A program made the position numbers and the translations under genes. A stretch of 64,000 bases of DNA from Desulfurivibrio sp. (lineage in GTDB: Bacteria > Desulfobacterota > Desulfobulbia > Desulfobulbales > Desulfurivibrionaceae). Positions 28,737-39,753 of this stretch are shown here, one piece after another. Location of the stretch: NCBI GenBank assembly GCA_034522365.1, contig JAXHLI010000011.1, positions 61,766-125,765 of the forward strand. The letters run 5' to 3'. How positions within the stretch are numbered: the stretch's first letter is position 1; every line of letters begins with the position of its first letter. Below the pieces are notes generated by a model. The model did no database searches, had not been told where the DNA came from, and saw only the letters and a program-made list of their open reading frames with translations.

Positions 28737-29882
28737 TCAACCGCTATGTTCTACGCTCAGACAGAGAGCGAGATAGATCCGGGCGGCATTGAAGACCTCG
28801 GCCAGGGGGGTGTATTCTTCCGGGGTATGGGCCAGTTCCAGGGCACCGGGGCCCAGGATCAGGGGGCTGACCCCGGCCTGGTAAAAAAGGTTGCCGTCGG
28901 AGTGGGAGCGGAAGGCGTCGCAGCGCCAGGGCAGTTGCAACTCGTCGTAGATCTCCCGCAGTTGTTCGGCCATGGGGTTATCGGTGGGTAGCCGGTAGCC
29001 GGGGGCGGCTAGATCACACGCAAATTCCAGGTTGAGATCGGGAATCAAAGTGTTGGCCTCGCCGATCCGGGTGCGGATCGTCTCCTCCACGGTGGCCGGT
29101 TCCAAATGGGGCGGCAGGTGCATGTCGATCCAGGTTTCGCAACGGTCGGGGACCACGAAGCCGGCCCGGGAGGAGGTCATCTCCCGGATCGAATAGACGA
29201 TTTCCGAGTACCGGCGGTCGAAAAGCGGATCGCGCCCCAGTTGCAGCAGCACTCGCAGCATCGACTCCACGGCGTTGTGTCCCAGCTCCGGTAGCGAAGA
29301 GTGGGTGCGGCGCCCTTTGGTGGTGAAGATCGCCTCCAGATAGCCGTAATGGGCGAAGTTGGGCAGCAGGTTGGTAGGTTCGCCGATCACCGCCCAGGCG
29401 GGTTGGCAGGTTTTCAGGAAGGTGGCGCTGCCGGCCCCGTTTTCCTCCTCGTCTACCACCAGCAGCAAACCCACCGGCGGTTGCCGCTCGACGGGCAGCA
29501 GCCGGGCCAGGGTCAGGAAGGCGGCGACCATGGCGGCGCAGCCCCCTTTCATGTCGGCGCTGCCCAGGCCGTAGAGCAGACCGTTTTCCTCCCGGGCCTC
29601 GTAATCCTCCAGATCCCAGGCGGTGATGGTATCGACATGGCCCACCAGATAAAGCCGGGGCTCGCCCCAGCCCAGGGTGGCCACCAGGTTGCAGCGTTTG
29701 TCCTCCACCTCCTGGCGGTGGACGGCCAGGCCGCCGGCCTGCAGGGTCTGCTCCAGGTAGAGCTGGATATCTTCCTCCTTGCCCGACGGGGAGTAGATAT
29801 CCACCATCTCCCGCAACAGGTTGGTCAGCCAGCTTTGATCCAGGGCGCGCCAGAGTTGGTGGATTTCAGACCAGTGGTTCAT
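28737..29882 (-). CDS. M20 family metallo-amidohydrolase (ArgE/DapE-like)
   Basis: GHVDT, GSADMKGG, DEE, GEPT, HSS, AHTPEE. Confidence 0.9.
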   Translation of the reverse strand: MNHWSEIHQLWRALDQSWLTNLLREMVDIYSPSGKEEDIQLYLEQTLQAGGLAVHRQEVEDKRCNLVATLGWGEPRLYLVGHVDTITAWDLEDYEAREENGLLYGLGSADMKGGCAAMVAAFLTLARLLPVERQPPVGLLLVVDEEENGAGSATFLKTCQPAWAVIGEPTNLLPNFAHYGYLEAIFTTKGRRTHSSLPELGHNAVESMLRVLLQLGRDPLFDRRYSEIVYSIREMTSSRAGFVVPDRCETWIDMHLPPHLEPATVEETIRTRIGEANTLIPDLNLEFACDLAAPGYRLPTDNPMAEQLREIYDELQLPWRCDAFRSHSDGNLFYQAGVSPLILGPGALELAHTPEEYTPLAEVFNAARIYLALCLSVEHSG

Positions 29883-30402
29883 TGGACCTCTTCTTTTTTT
29901 TCTTGGTGCCTTTTTTCTTGCGGCCCAGGTTCAGGGTCAGGTAGACGTGCTCCTGGATATTGCCAAAGCCCAGCTTGTCGAAAAAATCAATGGCCGGCCG
30001 GTTGTCGGCGGCGGTATCGACGATGATCATCCGCACCCCCTGGGCTCGCATCCTTTTCTTCATCATGTTGAACAGGTTCTGGCCCACTCGCAGCTGCTGG
30101 GCTTTGGGGCAGACCCCCAGCCAGACCAGATAGCCGTATTTCCAGGCGCTGTGCCTTTTTTCCACCGTGGTGCCCAGGGCGAAACCGACGATCTGCTCTT
30201 CGCTTTCGGCCACCAGGCAGAGTTCGGAGTCGCTGTTGAACATCGAGGTCACTTCGTACTCGTCCCAGGTGCGGTAGAGACTGGGCGAGTACTCGGCGGT
30301 GAAGATTATTTCGCCGATATGAAAAACCGCGGCGATATCGTCGACACTCATCTCCCGGACATGGAGAGTGCTCTTGCGGCCGACCTGACTACAGGTATTC
30401 AT
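29866..30402 (-). CDS. GNAT family N-acetyltransferase
   Basis: LVWLGVCPKAQQLRVG acetyl-CoA motif, N..AI.FF.KLGF; overlaps the M20 start. Confidence 0.88.
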   Translation of the reverse strand: MNTCSQVGRKSTLHVREMSVDDIAAVFHIGEIIFTAEYSPSLYRTWDEYEVTSMFNSDSELCLVAESEEQIVGFALGTTVEKRHSAWKYGYLVWLGVCPKAQQLRVGQNLFNMMKKRMRAQGVRMIIVDTAADNRPAIDFFDKLGFGNIQEHVYLTLNLGRKKKGTKKKKKRSNEPLV

Positions 30403-30570
30403 GGAGGATAACCAAAAAGCGTGAAAATAAATAAAAGGGGCTGTCGCAAACCCCATAACTTACCACCATCATGGCGGGTTGGGAAGATCATAATGCTTGC
30501 AAACCGATGGGAAAAATGGACATATTGGGTATGGTCGACCCCTGGTGGGGTTTAGGATGAAGCCAAAACC

Positions 30571-32608
30571 GTGGAAGGCTTGATGGTGGTAAACGACGAT
30601 GGGCAATTGACCGGTACCGGCAAGCCGGGGCGGGTGGCACCACCCGGCGCGCCGGCCACGGCGCTTGAACTGGTGGAAGTGGCCGCCGACGGGATGAGCG
30701 CCTGGCTGGCGATTTACCCCCGGCTGGCCGACGATACCCCGTTGACCTACGGGGACCTGCGGCAGGCCCTTGCGACGGCGGGGGTGGTGTACGGCGTTAT
30801 GGAGGATGCCATCCGGGCCGCCCTGGAACAGGGGGTGGTCCTGCTGCGGCTGCTGGCGGCCAAGGGTGCACCACCCCGGCCCGGCCGAGACGGTGAATTA
30901 CATTTTTATTTTACTTTAAATGATACTGATCCCCGGCAGTTGGCGGAGGCCCGACGGGAAGGCCAGCTCGATCCCGCCAAAATCCGCAAAAGTCTGGTCA
31001 AGGGCGGGGAACTGCTGGCGCGCAAAACCCCGCCCGGCGAAGCGGTACCCGGCCGCCGGGTAACCGGCGAAGAAATCCCGGTGGCGGGGCCGTTTGACCC
31101 TGAGTTGCGGGCCGGTGATAATGTGGAAATGGCGGTCGACAACTTGAGCCTGACGGTCACCGCGACCCTGGTGGCCGGCTATGCCGATTATGTCGCCGGC
31201 GCGGTGGTGGTTGCCGACCCCCTGCACTTGAGTGATGATGCCATGACCGCCTGGCTGGAGATCCAGCCGCCCGATCAGGCCGGCCGCCGGCTGACCGGGG
31301 AGTTGGTCTTAAAGATGCTGGCCGCCCGGGAGGTCGAGCTACGGGGTAAGCAAGAAAACGATTCGTCGGGCGGTGGAAACGGCGGCCTGGCGCAACCTGG
31401 TGCTGCCCCGGGTGGTGATAGCCCGGGGCAAGGAGCCGGTGGCCGGCCGGGATGCCCATATCGAAATGCTGACCCGGATAGAGAAAAGCGCCGGCCGGCT
31501 TTTCGGCCCCACCGAACGGATCGATTTCCGGGAACGGGATACCATCCAGTCGGTCAAGAAAGGTGATGTCCTGGCCCGCCGTACCCCCCCGGAGCCCGGT
31601 CAGGACGGCTATACGGTCCAGGGCCAACCGCTGGTCGCCAAACCCGGCAGCGATCTCCAGTTTCAACCCCAGCCCAACGTGGTGATCAGCGAGGACGGCT
31701 GTCGCCTGCTGGCCGATATTGACGGGATGATCACCGTGTTGGCGCCCAACAAGATCGCGGTATTCGAGGCTTACGAGGTCAAGGAGGATGTCGACTACCA
31801 TGTTGGCAATCTGGAGATGGTGGGTACGCTGCTGATCAAGGGCTGGGTGCGCTCGGGCTTTACCCTGCGGGCCAGCGGTGATATCAGAGTGGCCGGTGGA
31901 GTGGAAAACGCGGTTTTAGATGCCGGCGGTAATGTCGAGATCGGCGGCGGTATGGTGGCCCGGGGTGGGGGCAGCATCAAGGCCGGCGGCAATGTCGCGG
32001 CCCGTTTTCTAGAGTGGACCCGGGTCAAAGCCGGTGGTAGTATCACGGTACAGGATCAGGTTATGCGCTGCCAGTTGTTCGCCGCCCAGGGTTTGACCGT
32101 CACCGGCGGCCGGGGCCGGATCCGGGGCGGGATGGCGTCGGCCATCCAGGGGATTGAGGCCAACGAGCTCGGCTCCCCGGCCGGCGTGCGTACCGTGCTG
32201 ATGGCCGGCACCAACCCGGCCCTGCGCCGGCGTCTGGCGCGGCTTGACAAACAGCTGGCCGAGCATGTCCGCCAGCGGGCCAAGCTCGATACCGTGCTGG
32301 GCCGCTGGTTCAAGCAGGGCCGGGTAGGCGGCCAGCCGCCGCCGGAGGTCCGGAGCAGGCTCTCCCGGCTGGCCAAGCAGCGTCGGGCCCTGGTCCAGGC
32401 CGAAAATCGGTTGCGCCGGCCCCAACAGCAGTTGCAACAGGAACTGGCGGCCATCGATTTGGAGAAAATCAAGGTGGTGGCCCATAAGGCGGTCTATGCC
32501 GGCACCGTGGTGGTGATCGGCCAGCTCAAGCACCAGGTGCGGGATGATTTGCCCCGGCCGGTAACCTTTCGCCTGGATGCCCAGAAGCGGGCCATTGATG
32601 CCAATTAG
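30571..32608 (+). pseudogene. FapA (DUF342) family protein split by a one-base frameshift near 31336
   Basis: Removing one G joins the ORFs (..EVSYGVSKKTIRRAVETAAWR..); GVVYGV, A.G..P..G.D, IDFRE and DVDYHVGNL motifs; may be a sequencing error. Confidence 0.8.
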
Positions 32609-32630
32609 GTAAGCGTCCAGCAGCACCGCA
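32609..32630 (+). repeat. Short GTAAnCGTTCA-family repeat remnant
   Basis: gtaagcgtccagcagcaccgc vs gtaaacgttcagcagcaccgc at 24317. Confidence 0.55.
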
Positions 32631-32684
32631 TGTCGTTAGCCATGGTGGCCTTTTATACTAATTTAACGGAGTAGGAAGAGAGTT

Positions 32685-33086
32685 GTGATCGATATCAAGA
32701 AATTACGGGTTCGGGATTTGATGCAGCCGGAGGTGTTGACCATTGACCGCGAGGCTGCCCTGGATGAAGCGGCTCGGCTGATGCATGATAAAAAATGTTC
32801 CAGCCTGGTGATTCCGCCGGCCGACGATAGCGATGCCTACGGGATTGTCACCCGCAAGGATCTGCTCAATATCATGGTGCTGGATATCCAGGATGAGTTT
32901 ATCTCCCGGGTGGGGGATGTGATGACCAAACCGGCCATCACCGTGACCCCGGCCCTGGCCATCGAAAATTTCCTGTTGCTGATGCGGGTGACCGGCACCC
33001 GCCGGTTGCCGGTGGTGGACGGGGAGCGGCTGCTGGGAATGATTAGCAATACCGATGTATTCAACCGCTTGATCGCGGAGTTATAG
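32685..33086 (+). CDS. Stand-alone CBS-pair protein
   Basis: VRDLM, GIVT..D, VGDVM, RRLPVVD..GMIS..D. Confidence 0.9.
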   Translation: MIDIKKLRVRDLMQPEVLTIDREAALDEAARLMHDKKCSSLVIPPADDSDAYGIVTRKDLLNIMVLDIQDEFISRVGDVMTKPAITVTPALAIENFLLLMRVTGTRRLPVVDGERLLGMISNTDVFNRLIAEL

Positions 33087-33124
33087 TAGATTCTACGAGA
33101 TTACTCCAAACAGGAGAGCAGCAG

Positions 33125-33892
33125 ATGCGGCCATCGTCTCAACCCCAGGAAATTCAAGATGTCATGGCCGGCGAGATCAAGCAGGAGATCGCCGGCCGTT
33201 ACTTTGGATTTCGCAAGATGATCGAGGACGATACCAGTGATTATTTCGAGCAGGTACGCCGTCACTCCTTTGTCCTGGAAAAACGGCTCAGTTTTGATCT
33301 GATCCGGATCTACCTGCTGTTGCGGCAGGAGGAGTTGATCCAGCGGTTTCTGCAATTAAGCGGCCTCAATGAAAGGCTGTTTTTTGATACCTATCTGCTG
33401 GAGTCCGCCAGTATCCAGGAGCGGGTCTTCGAGTGTCAGCGTTTTAAGGGCTGGACCAGAAGGGGCCGGTTTGTCCGCTATTTTTTGAGCTGTTATGACA
33501 ATCTCGCCTTCCATGTCAAGGCTTACGATGCCAAACTAAACGAATTGACGCAGTTTCAGAGTAGTATCGCCGACGAGATCGAAGCCTTCTATCGCCAGAA
33601 CAATGTCAACGCCATTATGAGTTTTCTACGTTCACTGGGTGATGAACAGGCCACCGGCGCTATGCAGGGCGGTATGGAGGTGGGGCTGGCCGACGGGATT
33701 GAGCAGAAACTGAAAATCAAGCCGCCGGCCCCGGTGGAACAACTGCTGCCGATGATCAAGCCCCTGCCGCCGCTGGCCGAGGTCAAGCCGGCTTTGAAAA
33801 AGATGGCCAAAGAGGCCTACCAGCGGCAGGTGCCACAGCTTCTACAGTTGTTTGAGGCCAACAGCACCCCTTGCCCGGAGCGGGAATCATAA
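33125..33892 (+). CDS. Hypothetical helical protein
   Basis: AGGAG RBS, coding-like codon usage; no recognised motif. Confidence 0.75.
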   Translation: MRPSSQPQEIQDVMAGEIKQEIAGRYFGFRKMIEDDTSDYFEQVRRHSFVLEKRLSFDLIRIYLLLRQEELIQRFLQLSGLNERLFFDTYLLESASIQERVFECQRFKGWTRRGRFVRYFLSCYDNLAFHVKAYDAKLNELTQFQSSIADEIEAFYRQNNVNAIMSFLRSLGDEQATGAMQGGMEVGLADGIEQKLKIKPPAPVEQLLPMIKPLPPLAEVKPALKKMAKEAYQRQVPQLLQLFEANSTPCPERES

Positions 33893-33910
33893 AGGGCCTG
33901 TCGAGCTGGT

Positions 33911-36100
33911 CTATCCCAGTCCCAGGGCCATGCCCAGCTGGTAGATGATTACCGACAGTCCAAAAGCGAAGATGGTGTTGCCAATCATGGCCAGGGCGCC
34001 CCATTTCCAGGAGCCGGCCTCCCGGGCGATGCAGACCACGGTGACGAAACAGGGGGCGTAGAACATCACGAAGATCAGCAAAGCCAGGGCCTTGACCGGG
34101 TTCCAGGTGGGGTCCCGGGCCAGGGTGGCGGCCAGCGACCCGCCGGCCTCGGGATCGACCTCGCCCAGCGAGTAGGCGGTGCCCAGGGTGGAAATCACCA
34201 CCTCCTTGGCGGCGAAACCGCCGACCAGAGCGATGTTGGTGCGCCAGTCAAAACCGGCCAGCCAGGTCACCGTCTCCAGGCCGTGGCCGATCCGGCCCGC
34301 CAGAGACAATTCCAGGGCCCGTTCCGCCCGGTGATGTTTCAGTGCTGCCAGGCGTTCGGCAACACTTTCTTCGGCCTCCATGGTCGTTGCCTGGGCGAGT
34401 TCGGTTTGCAGGGCGGTCCGTTGGGTGGCCAATTCTGCTTCCTCGTGGGCCGGCAGCCCGGGGAAGGTCATCATCGCCCAGAGGATAATGGAGATCGCCA
34501 GGATAACGGTGCCCGCCTTTTTGATGTAATGCCAGGTACGTTCCCAGGTATGAATCAGCAGGCCGCGCAGGGTGGGCAGCCGATAGGGCGGCAGTTCCAT
34601 CACGAAGGGGGTGGCCGGGCCGCGCAGTACCGTCAGGCGGTAGAGTTTGGCCACCAGCATGGCCACCAGCCAGGCCAGCAGGGTAAGGATAAACATCATC
34701 AGCGCCTGGTGGCCGGCGAAGAACACCGCGATCAGCAGGGCCGTTACCGGCAGTTTGGCGCCGCAGTTCATAAAGGAGACGGTGAGCAGGGTGGCCAGCC
34801 GTTCCCGCCGCGATTTGAGGGTCCGGGTGGCCATGACTCCCGGCACCGCGCAGCCGCCGGCGATCCCGCCGGAGACGATATAGGCCATCACCGAACTGCC
34901 GTGCAGGCCGAAGGTACGGAAGACGCGGTCCATCATGTAGGCGACCCGGGCCAGATAGCCGGTATCCTCTAAAATGGCGATGCCGAAAAACATGAACATG
35001 ATCAGCGGCACGAAACCCAGCACCCCGCCGACCCCGTCGATGATGCCCGAGATCAGCAAAGACTTGAGCAGCCCCTCCGGCAGCTTGGCCTGGGCCAGCT
35101 CGCCCAGTTGACCGAACAGCGCCTCCAGCCACTGTACCGGTAGTTCGCTGAAGGTGAAGGTGAAGGTATAGAGGCCGAACAGGATCGCCAGCATAATCAG
35201 CGGCCCCAGCAGGCGGTGGGTCAGCACCAGGTCGATTAGGTCCGAAATATAGAGCCGATCGACGTGGTGACTCTGGCGGACCACCCCCTGTTGCAGGGTG
35301 GAGCGGATAAAGCCGTAACGGTGGTCGGCTATCAGGGCTTCCGGCTGGGCGGCCAGGGTGCTTTGCTGGTGGCGGATGGCCTGCTCGCGCAGCACGTCCA
35401 GTTGAGTGGCGGCCTGCTGGTCGTGGCGGCTGATCATCTCCCGGACCTGGCTGTCGTTTTCGAGATATTTCAGGGCCAGCCAGCGGGCCGGATAGGTGGC
35501 GGTCAGCAGTTGCCGCTGCTCGATCAGGGCCGCCATTTCCAACAGGGCGCTGTCGAGGTCCTCGCCGTAGGAAACCGGCAGGGGTTGCCAGTCCGGAGCG
35601 CTTGCCGCCAGGCGGCGGGCTTCGCTCATCAGGGTTTGCAGGCCGGTGCCGCTGCGGGCGACGATCGGCACCACCGGTACCCCCAGCAGGGCGGCCAGTT
35701 TGTCGGTGTCGATTTCCAGACCGCGTTCTTTGGCCACGTCCATCATGTTCAAGGCGATCAACACCGGCACGCCCAGTTCCCGCAGCTGCAGGGTGAGGTA
35801 GAGGTTGCGCTCCAGGTTGGAGGCGTCGACGATGTCGATCACCACGTCGGGTCGTTCCTGGACCAGGAAATCGCGGGCCACCACCTCCTCAAGGGAGTAG
35901 GCGGCGAGGGAGTAGGTACCGGGCAGGTCGATGATCCGGCAGCGGCTGCCGTCGGGCAGGGGGTAGTCGCCCTCCTTCTTCTCGACGGTGACTCCGGGGT
36001 AGTTGCCGACGTGCTGGCGGGCTCCGGTAAGGGCGTTGAAGAGGGTGGTCTTGCCGGCGTTGGGATTGCCGGCCAGGGCCACGGTGAACGGGGGGGTCAT
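33911..36100 (-). CDS. feoB: Ferrous iron transporter FeoB (copy 2)
   Basis: [42 protein letters not shown]; true start ATG 36100 overlaps feoA. Confidence 0.95.
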   Translation of the reverse strand: MTPPFTVALAGNPNAGKTTLFNALTGARQHVGNYPGVTVEKKEGDYPLPDGSRCRIIDLPGTYSLAAYSLEEVVARDFLVQERPDVVIDIVDASNLERNLYLTLQLRELGVPVLIALNMMDVAKERGLEIDTDKLAALLGVPVVPIVARSGTGLQTLMSEARRLAASAPDWQPLPVSYGEDLDSALLEMAALIEQRQLLTATYPARWLALKYLENDSQVREMISRHDQQAATQLDVLREQAIRHQQSTLAAQPEALIADHRYGFIRSTLQQGVVRQSHHVDRLYISDLIDLVLTHRLLGPLIMLAILFGLYTFTFTFSELPVQWLEALFGQLGELAQAKLPEGLLKSLLISGIIDGVGGVLGFVPLIMFMFFGIAILEDTGYLARVAYMMDRVFRTFGLHGSSVMAYIVSGGIAGGCAVPGVMATRTLKSRRERLATLLTVSFMNCGAKLPVTALLIAVFFAGHQALMMFILTLLAWLVAMLVAKLYRLTVLRGPATPFVMELPPYRLPTLRGLLIHTWERTWHYIKKAGTVILAISIILWAMMTFPGLPAHEEAELATQRTALQTELAQATTMEAEESVAERLAALKHHRAERALELSLAGRIGHGLETVTWLAGFDWRTNIALVGGFAAKEVVISTLGTAYSLGEVDPEAGGSLAATLARDPTWNPVKALALLIFVMFYAPCFVTVVCIAREAGSWKWGALAMIGNTIFAFGLSVIIYQLGMALGLG

Positions 36101-36357
36101 CGGTCCGCCTCCTTGTCTCCGGGGCTCTCCAGGGCGACCTCGATATGATCGGCCTCGTTGTTGCGCAGGGTGAGGGTGCCTCCCATCACCCGCAGGGCCA
36201 CGGGATCGTTGAGCGGCGCCCGGCCCTGGATGGTGATCCGGGTGCCGGGCACCAGGCCCATTTCCCGCATACGTTGGCTCAATTCGCCGCTGCCACTGAT
36301 TTTGGTGATAACGCCACTTTCGTTTTTGGCCATTCGGCGCAGGTTGATGATTGTCAT
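36097..36357 (-). CDS. feoA: FeoA
   Basis: [23 protein letters not shown]. Confidence 0.93.
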   Translation of the reverse strand: MTIINLRRMAKNESGVITKISGSGELSQRMREMGLVPGTRITIQGRAPLNDPVALRVMGGTLTLRNNEADHIEVALESPGDKEADR

Positions 36358-36380
36358 ATGGAGCCCCCGGAACTTTCAAA

Positions 36381-36435
36381 CGGCACTGCTGAACGGTTAC
36401 GGCCCGTTAAATCAGTGGCCGTTGGCCTTGGTGAA
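36381..36435 (-). repeat. GTAAnCGTTCA-family repeat in the feoA 5'UTR
   Basis: Reverse complement ttcaccaaggccaacggccactgatttaacgggccgtaaccgttcagcagtgccg, near-identical to the 52231 copy. Confidence 0.75.
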
Positions 36436-36460
36436 AACTTTCAAGTTGAAGCGGAGTCTG

Positions 36461-36489
36461 CTTATAACGGACCTTGATTTCGTAGTCAA
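36461..36489 (-). promoter_or_regulatory. Sigma70-type promoter for feoAB copy 2
   Basis: TTGACT-N17-TATAAG; upstream inverted repeat TTCTAA-N5-TTAGAA (36494-36510). Confidence 0.55.
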
Positions 36490-36570
36490 CAATTTCTAAA
36501 GACGTTAGAATTAAATTATGTTACCCAAAAACAGTCGACAAATAGTCATTAAGGTAGACGGGGAGTTATT

Positions 36571-36861
36571 ATGTTCTGGGAATATCTGATTTTAGTACTG
36601 ATTATCGGGTGGGCGGTATATTATCTGGGGCGCAAATTCTGCGGGCGGGGGCGGGGAGGCTGTTCCTGCGGTTCATCCTGCGGCCCCTCTGGCGGGCCCG
36701 ACCGGAGCACGGTCCGGAGATTGCGGCGGGACGCGATAAGTAAGGCCCGCGATCACCGATCCTGGCGCCGGCTCGGGGGCGGGTGGGTGCAAACTGCAGT
36801 AACCGTTCAGCAGTGCCGCAGATTGTCGGCGCTCGACGCCGATAACGTGCGGAGTTGCTGA
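36571..36861 (+). CDS. FeoB-associated Cys-rich membrane protein (true 3' end probably shorter)
   Basis: GGGAG RBS; TM helix then GGCSCGSSCG; the ORF tail runs into a repeat element. Confidence 0.7.
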   Translation: MFWEYLILVLIIGWAVYYLGRKFCGRGRGGCSCGSSCGPSGGPDRSTVRRLRRDAISKARDHRSWRRLGGGWVQTAVTVQQCRRLSALDADNVRSC

Positions 36862-36869
36862 ATGGTTAC
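36799..36869. repeat. Palindromic GTAAnCGTTCA-family element
   Basis: Terminal inverted repeats GTAACCGTTCAGCA / TGCTGAATGGTTAC around an inner hairpin ttgtcggcg-ctcga-cgccgataa. Confidence 0.75.
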
Positions 36870-36930
36870 AAACTGCATGACGTCAGCGGGGAGTGGCAAC
36901 CAGGGTGGAAGCCACTCCCCACCAGTCTCT

Positions 36931-37170
36931 CTAGCCATGCCATTGGTAGATTTCGGCGGCGGGGCCAGCGTCGCAACAGCCGCCGCCGCCACACTTGCCA
37001 CCACAATCGGCGGCTGGCGTGAGCAGGGAGACCTTGCCCTTGGCTGTCCAGCGCGCCAGCATGGCCCGCATCGCCTCCGGTTCGGTATCGAAATGGAGGG
37101 CGAGATCGTGCAGGGAGGCGCGTCGGTGCTGCTTAAGGTAATCTTTTATGGCGGTAAGCATGGTTGTCAC
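36931..37170 (-). CDS. feoC: FeoC-like winged-helix Fe-S protein
   Basis: IKDYL..ASL.DLA.HF, ML..W..KGKV, CGGKCGGGGCC, EIYQW. Confidence 0.88.
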   Translation of the reverse strand: MTTMLTAIKDYLKQHRRASLHDLALHFDTEPEAMRAMLARWTAKGKVSLLTPAADCGGKCGGGGCCDAGPAAEIYQWHG

Positions 37171-37177
37171 CTCCCGG

Positions 37178-39517
37178 TTAAGAAATGGTCTGCGTTTGGG
37201 GCCGCCCGCTCACCAGGGGCAGGGCGGCGCGTTCCTTGTTGCCCTGCCGGGCCATGACCATGATCGCCAACAGCAGCAGTGCCCCCAGGCCGCCGATCCA
37301 CAACGCCGAGGAGAGGGGATGCCGGGCAAAGGTGGCCGCCTGGTAGAAGACGGTGGCCGCCATATAGGCCAGCCCGCCGTTCCAGGAACAGGAAAAGAGG
37401 GTCCAGCGCAGGTTGGTCTCCCGGTAAATGGCGGCAATGGCCGCGCCACACGGCACATAGAGCAGGACCATGAGCAGATAGGCAAAAGCTCCCACCTTAC
37501 CGTCGAAGAGTTCCGCCATGGCCCCAAAGGTACCCACCGCCACCTCCTGTTCCGCCGCCGCGCTCTGCAGGGTGGCGACATCACCGACTGCCAGCCCCAG
37601 GGGGTCGAGCACGGTGTCGGCGACTCCCGCCAGGTTAACCGGGATGGAGACCAGGGATTCCTGGATGCCGCCCCAGAAATTAAAGGGTTCCTCCTCGCCA
37701 CCCCCTTCCACGGGGGCGCCGAGCTGGGCGTAGAGGGAGTCCAGGGTGCCCACCACAGCCTCCTTGGCCAGGATGCCGGTGAAGATGCCCACCGTGGCCG
37801 GCCAGTTATCCTCGCTGATGCCGGTGGGGGCGAAGATGGGGGTAATGCTCTGGCCCACGGTGCTCAACATGGAGCTCTTGCTGTCTTCGTGGCCGATGGT
37901 GCCGTCAGGCCCCAGGGTGTTCAATAGATTCAACACCAGGATCAGGGGAATCAAAATCTTGCCGGCCCGTAACATAAAGCTTTGCAATCTCTCATAGGCC
38001 CGGAAAAGCACCCCCCGGGCGGTGGGCAGGTGGTAGGGGGGCAACTCCATGACAAAAGGGGTGGCCTCCCCTTGCAACAGGGTGTTCTTGAGGACCATGC
38101 CGGTGAAGACCGCAAACCCCACCCCGATCAAATAGAGCAGAAAGACCAGATTCTGCCCGCCGGTGGGGAAGAAGGCGGCGGCAAAGAGGGCATATACCGG
38201 CAGCCTGGCGCCACAGGAGATAAAGGGAGTCATCATAATGGTCAGCAGCCGATCCCGCTGGTTTTCCAAGGTACGGGTGGCCATGAAGGCCGGCACGTTA
38301 CAACCGAAGCCGACCAGCATCGGCACGAATGATTTCCCCGGCAGGCCCATAAGGCGCATAAAGCGATCCATGACGAAGGCGGCGCGGGCCATGTAACCGG
38401 AATCCTCCAGAAAGCTGAGACAGATAAACATAAAGGCGATGGGCGGGATAAAGGTGGCCATGGTTTGCAGCGCGCCACCAATGCCGGTGGCCAGCACCGC
38501 GATCAACCAGTCCGGCGCACCGACGGCGGCCAGCAGGGCGCCGAAACCGTCGACGAAAACGGTACCGGCGAAGATATCGAAAAAATCAATAAAGGCCCCG
38601 CCGATATTGATGGTCACCATGAAGGTCAAATACATGGCCAGCAGAAAAATGGGAATTCCCAGGGCCCGATTGAGGACAATACCATCAATTTTGTCGGAGA
38701 GGGTGCGCCCCACCCGCCCTCTCTTCTTGACCGCCCCTTGCGTCAACTCTTTGATGATTCGGTAACGGCTGTCGGCCAGGAGGATATCGACCTCCTCATC
38801 CAGCTCGGTTTCAATCTGCTGTTGCAGCTGGTCCCGGACCTTGGCGGCTTCGGCTCCCGCCAGTTCCTCCACCCATGCTTCCCCTTCCAGCAGCTTTACC
38901 GCCATATAGAAGGGGTTGAGCCGCCGGGAGCGGGCGGTCTCCGCCACCAGCGGCAGCAGTTTGCTCACCGCCTCCTGGATTTGCCCGGGATATTCCACCT
39001 GCAGATTTGGTGGTGCCGGGGTCCGGGCGCTCTGGTCGATGGCGGCGCGCAGTTCCGCCACGCCTTCGCCCCGGGCCGCCACCAGCGGTACCACCGGGCA
39101 TCCCAGGCGGCGGCTCAACTCCTCCAGGTCGATCTCGATTTGCTGCTCTTTGGCGCTGTCCATCATGTTCAGGGCCAGCACCAGGGGCACCTTCATCTCC
39201 AGCAGTTGCACCGTCAGATAGAGATTACGTTCCAGATTGGAGGCGTCGACGATATTGACGATCAGGTCCGCTTCCTCGGAAAGGGTGAAATCCCGGGCCA
39301 CCTCTTCATCCAGGGAGGCGGCGGAAAGCGAGTAAATGCCGGGCAGGTCCACTAACTCGACCTTCTCCCCGCCATAATGGTATTCGCCGGTTTTGCGCTC
39401 GACGGTGACCCCCGGCCAGTTGCCCACCTGTTGCCGATTACCGGTCAGGGCGTTGAACAGGGTGGTCTTGCCGCAATTGGGGTTGCCCACCACGCCGATT
39501 ACTTTTTTAGCCATCAC
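37178..39517 (-). CDS. feoB: Ferrous iron transporter FeoB (copy 1)
   Basis: GNPNCGKTT, NWPGVTVE, DSGYMARAA, GFGCNVP, CGARLP, LYVPC. Confidence 0.96.
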   Translation of the reverse strand: MMAKKVIGVVGNPNCGKTTLFNALTGNRQQVGNWPGVTVERKTGEYHYGGEKVELVDLPGIYSLSAASLDEEVARDFTLSEEADLIVNIVDASNLERNLYLTVQLLEMKVPLVLALNMMDSAKEQQIEIDLEELSRRLGCPVVPLVAARGEGVAELRAAIDQSARTPAPPNLQVEYPGQIQEAVSKLLPLVAETARSRRLNPFYMAVKLLEGEAWVEELAGAEAAKVRDQLQQQIETELDEEVDILLADSRYRIIKELTQGAVKKRGRVGRTLSDKIDGIVLNRALGIPIFLLAMYLTFMVTINIGGAFIDFFDIFAGTVFVDGFGALLAAVGAPDWLIAVLATGIGGALQTMATFIPPIAFMFICLSFLEDSGYMARAAFVMDRFMRLMGLPGKSFVPMLVGFGCNVPAFMATRTLENQRDRLLTIMMTPFISCGARLPVYALFAAAFFPTGGQNLVFLLYLIGVGFAVFTGMVLKNTLLQGEATPFVMELPPYHLPTARGVLFRAYERLQSFMLRAGKILIPLILVLNLLNTLGPDGTIGHEDSKSSMLSTVGQSITPIFAPTGISEDNWPATVGIFTGILAKEAVVGTLDSLYAQLGAPVEGGGEEEPFNFWGGIQESLVSIPVNLAGVADTVLDPLGLAVGDVATLQSAAAEQEVAVGTFGAMAELFDGKVGAFAYLLMVLLYVPCGAAIAAIYRETNLRWTLFSCSWNGGLAYMAATVFYQAATFARHPLSSALWIGGLGALLLLAIMVMARQGNKERAALPLVSGRPQTQTIS

Positions 39518-39753
39518 TGGTTCCTCCTTTCCACGTAAAGGGTTGCCGCCTCATCCTTGCGTAACGAGAGAGCGAAGCCGCGCACTTCAATCCCCACTGG
39601 ATCACCCATGGGGGCGATGCGGGAGACGATGATTTCCGTCCCCTTGGTCAGTCCCATGGCCAGCAGCTTTTCCCGGTAAGCCGAGGTTCCCTTGGCGTAG
39701 CCGGCAACCACGGCGCGCTCCCCCATGGCCAAATCTCGCAGAGTTTCTTTCAT
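39514..39753 (-). CDS. feoA: FeoA
   Basis: KLLAMGL..G, APMGDP, LSLRKDEA. Confidence 0.94.
   Translation of the reverse strand: MKETLRDLAMGERAVVAGYAKGTSAYREKLLAMGLTKGTEIIVSRIAPMGDPVGIEVRGFALSLRKDEAATLYVERRNQ

Noticed and set aside
30571-32608. Programmed frameshift in FapA
   Set aside because: No slippery sequence at the junction; it matches the general single-base indel pattern.
33911-36379. 822-aa FeoB with a long N-terminal extension
   Set aside because: The extension overlaps feoA in another frame; the G1 motif follows ATG 36100, which has an RBS.
36431-36489. Fur boxes upstream of feoA
   Set aside because: The TGAAA/TTTCA and TTGA/TCAA arms have spacings that do not fit Fur consensus, and part of the sequence belongs to the repeat element.
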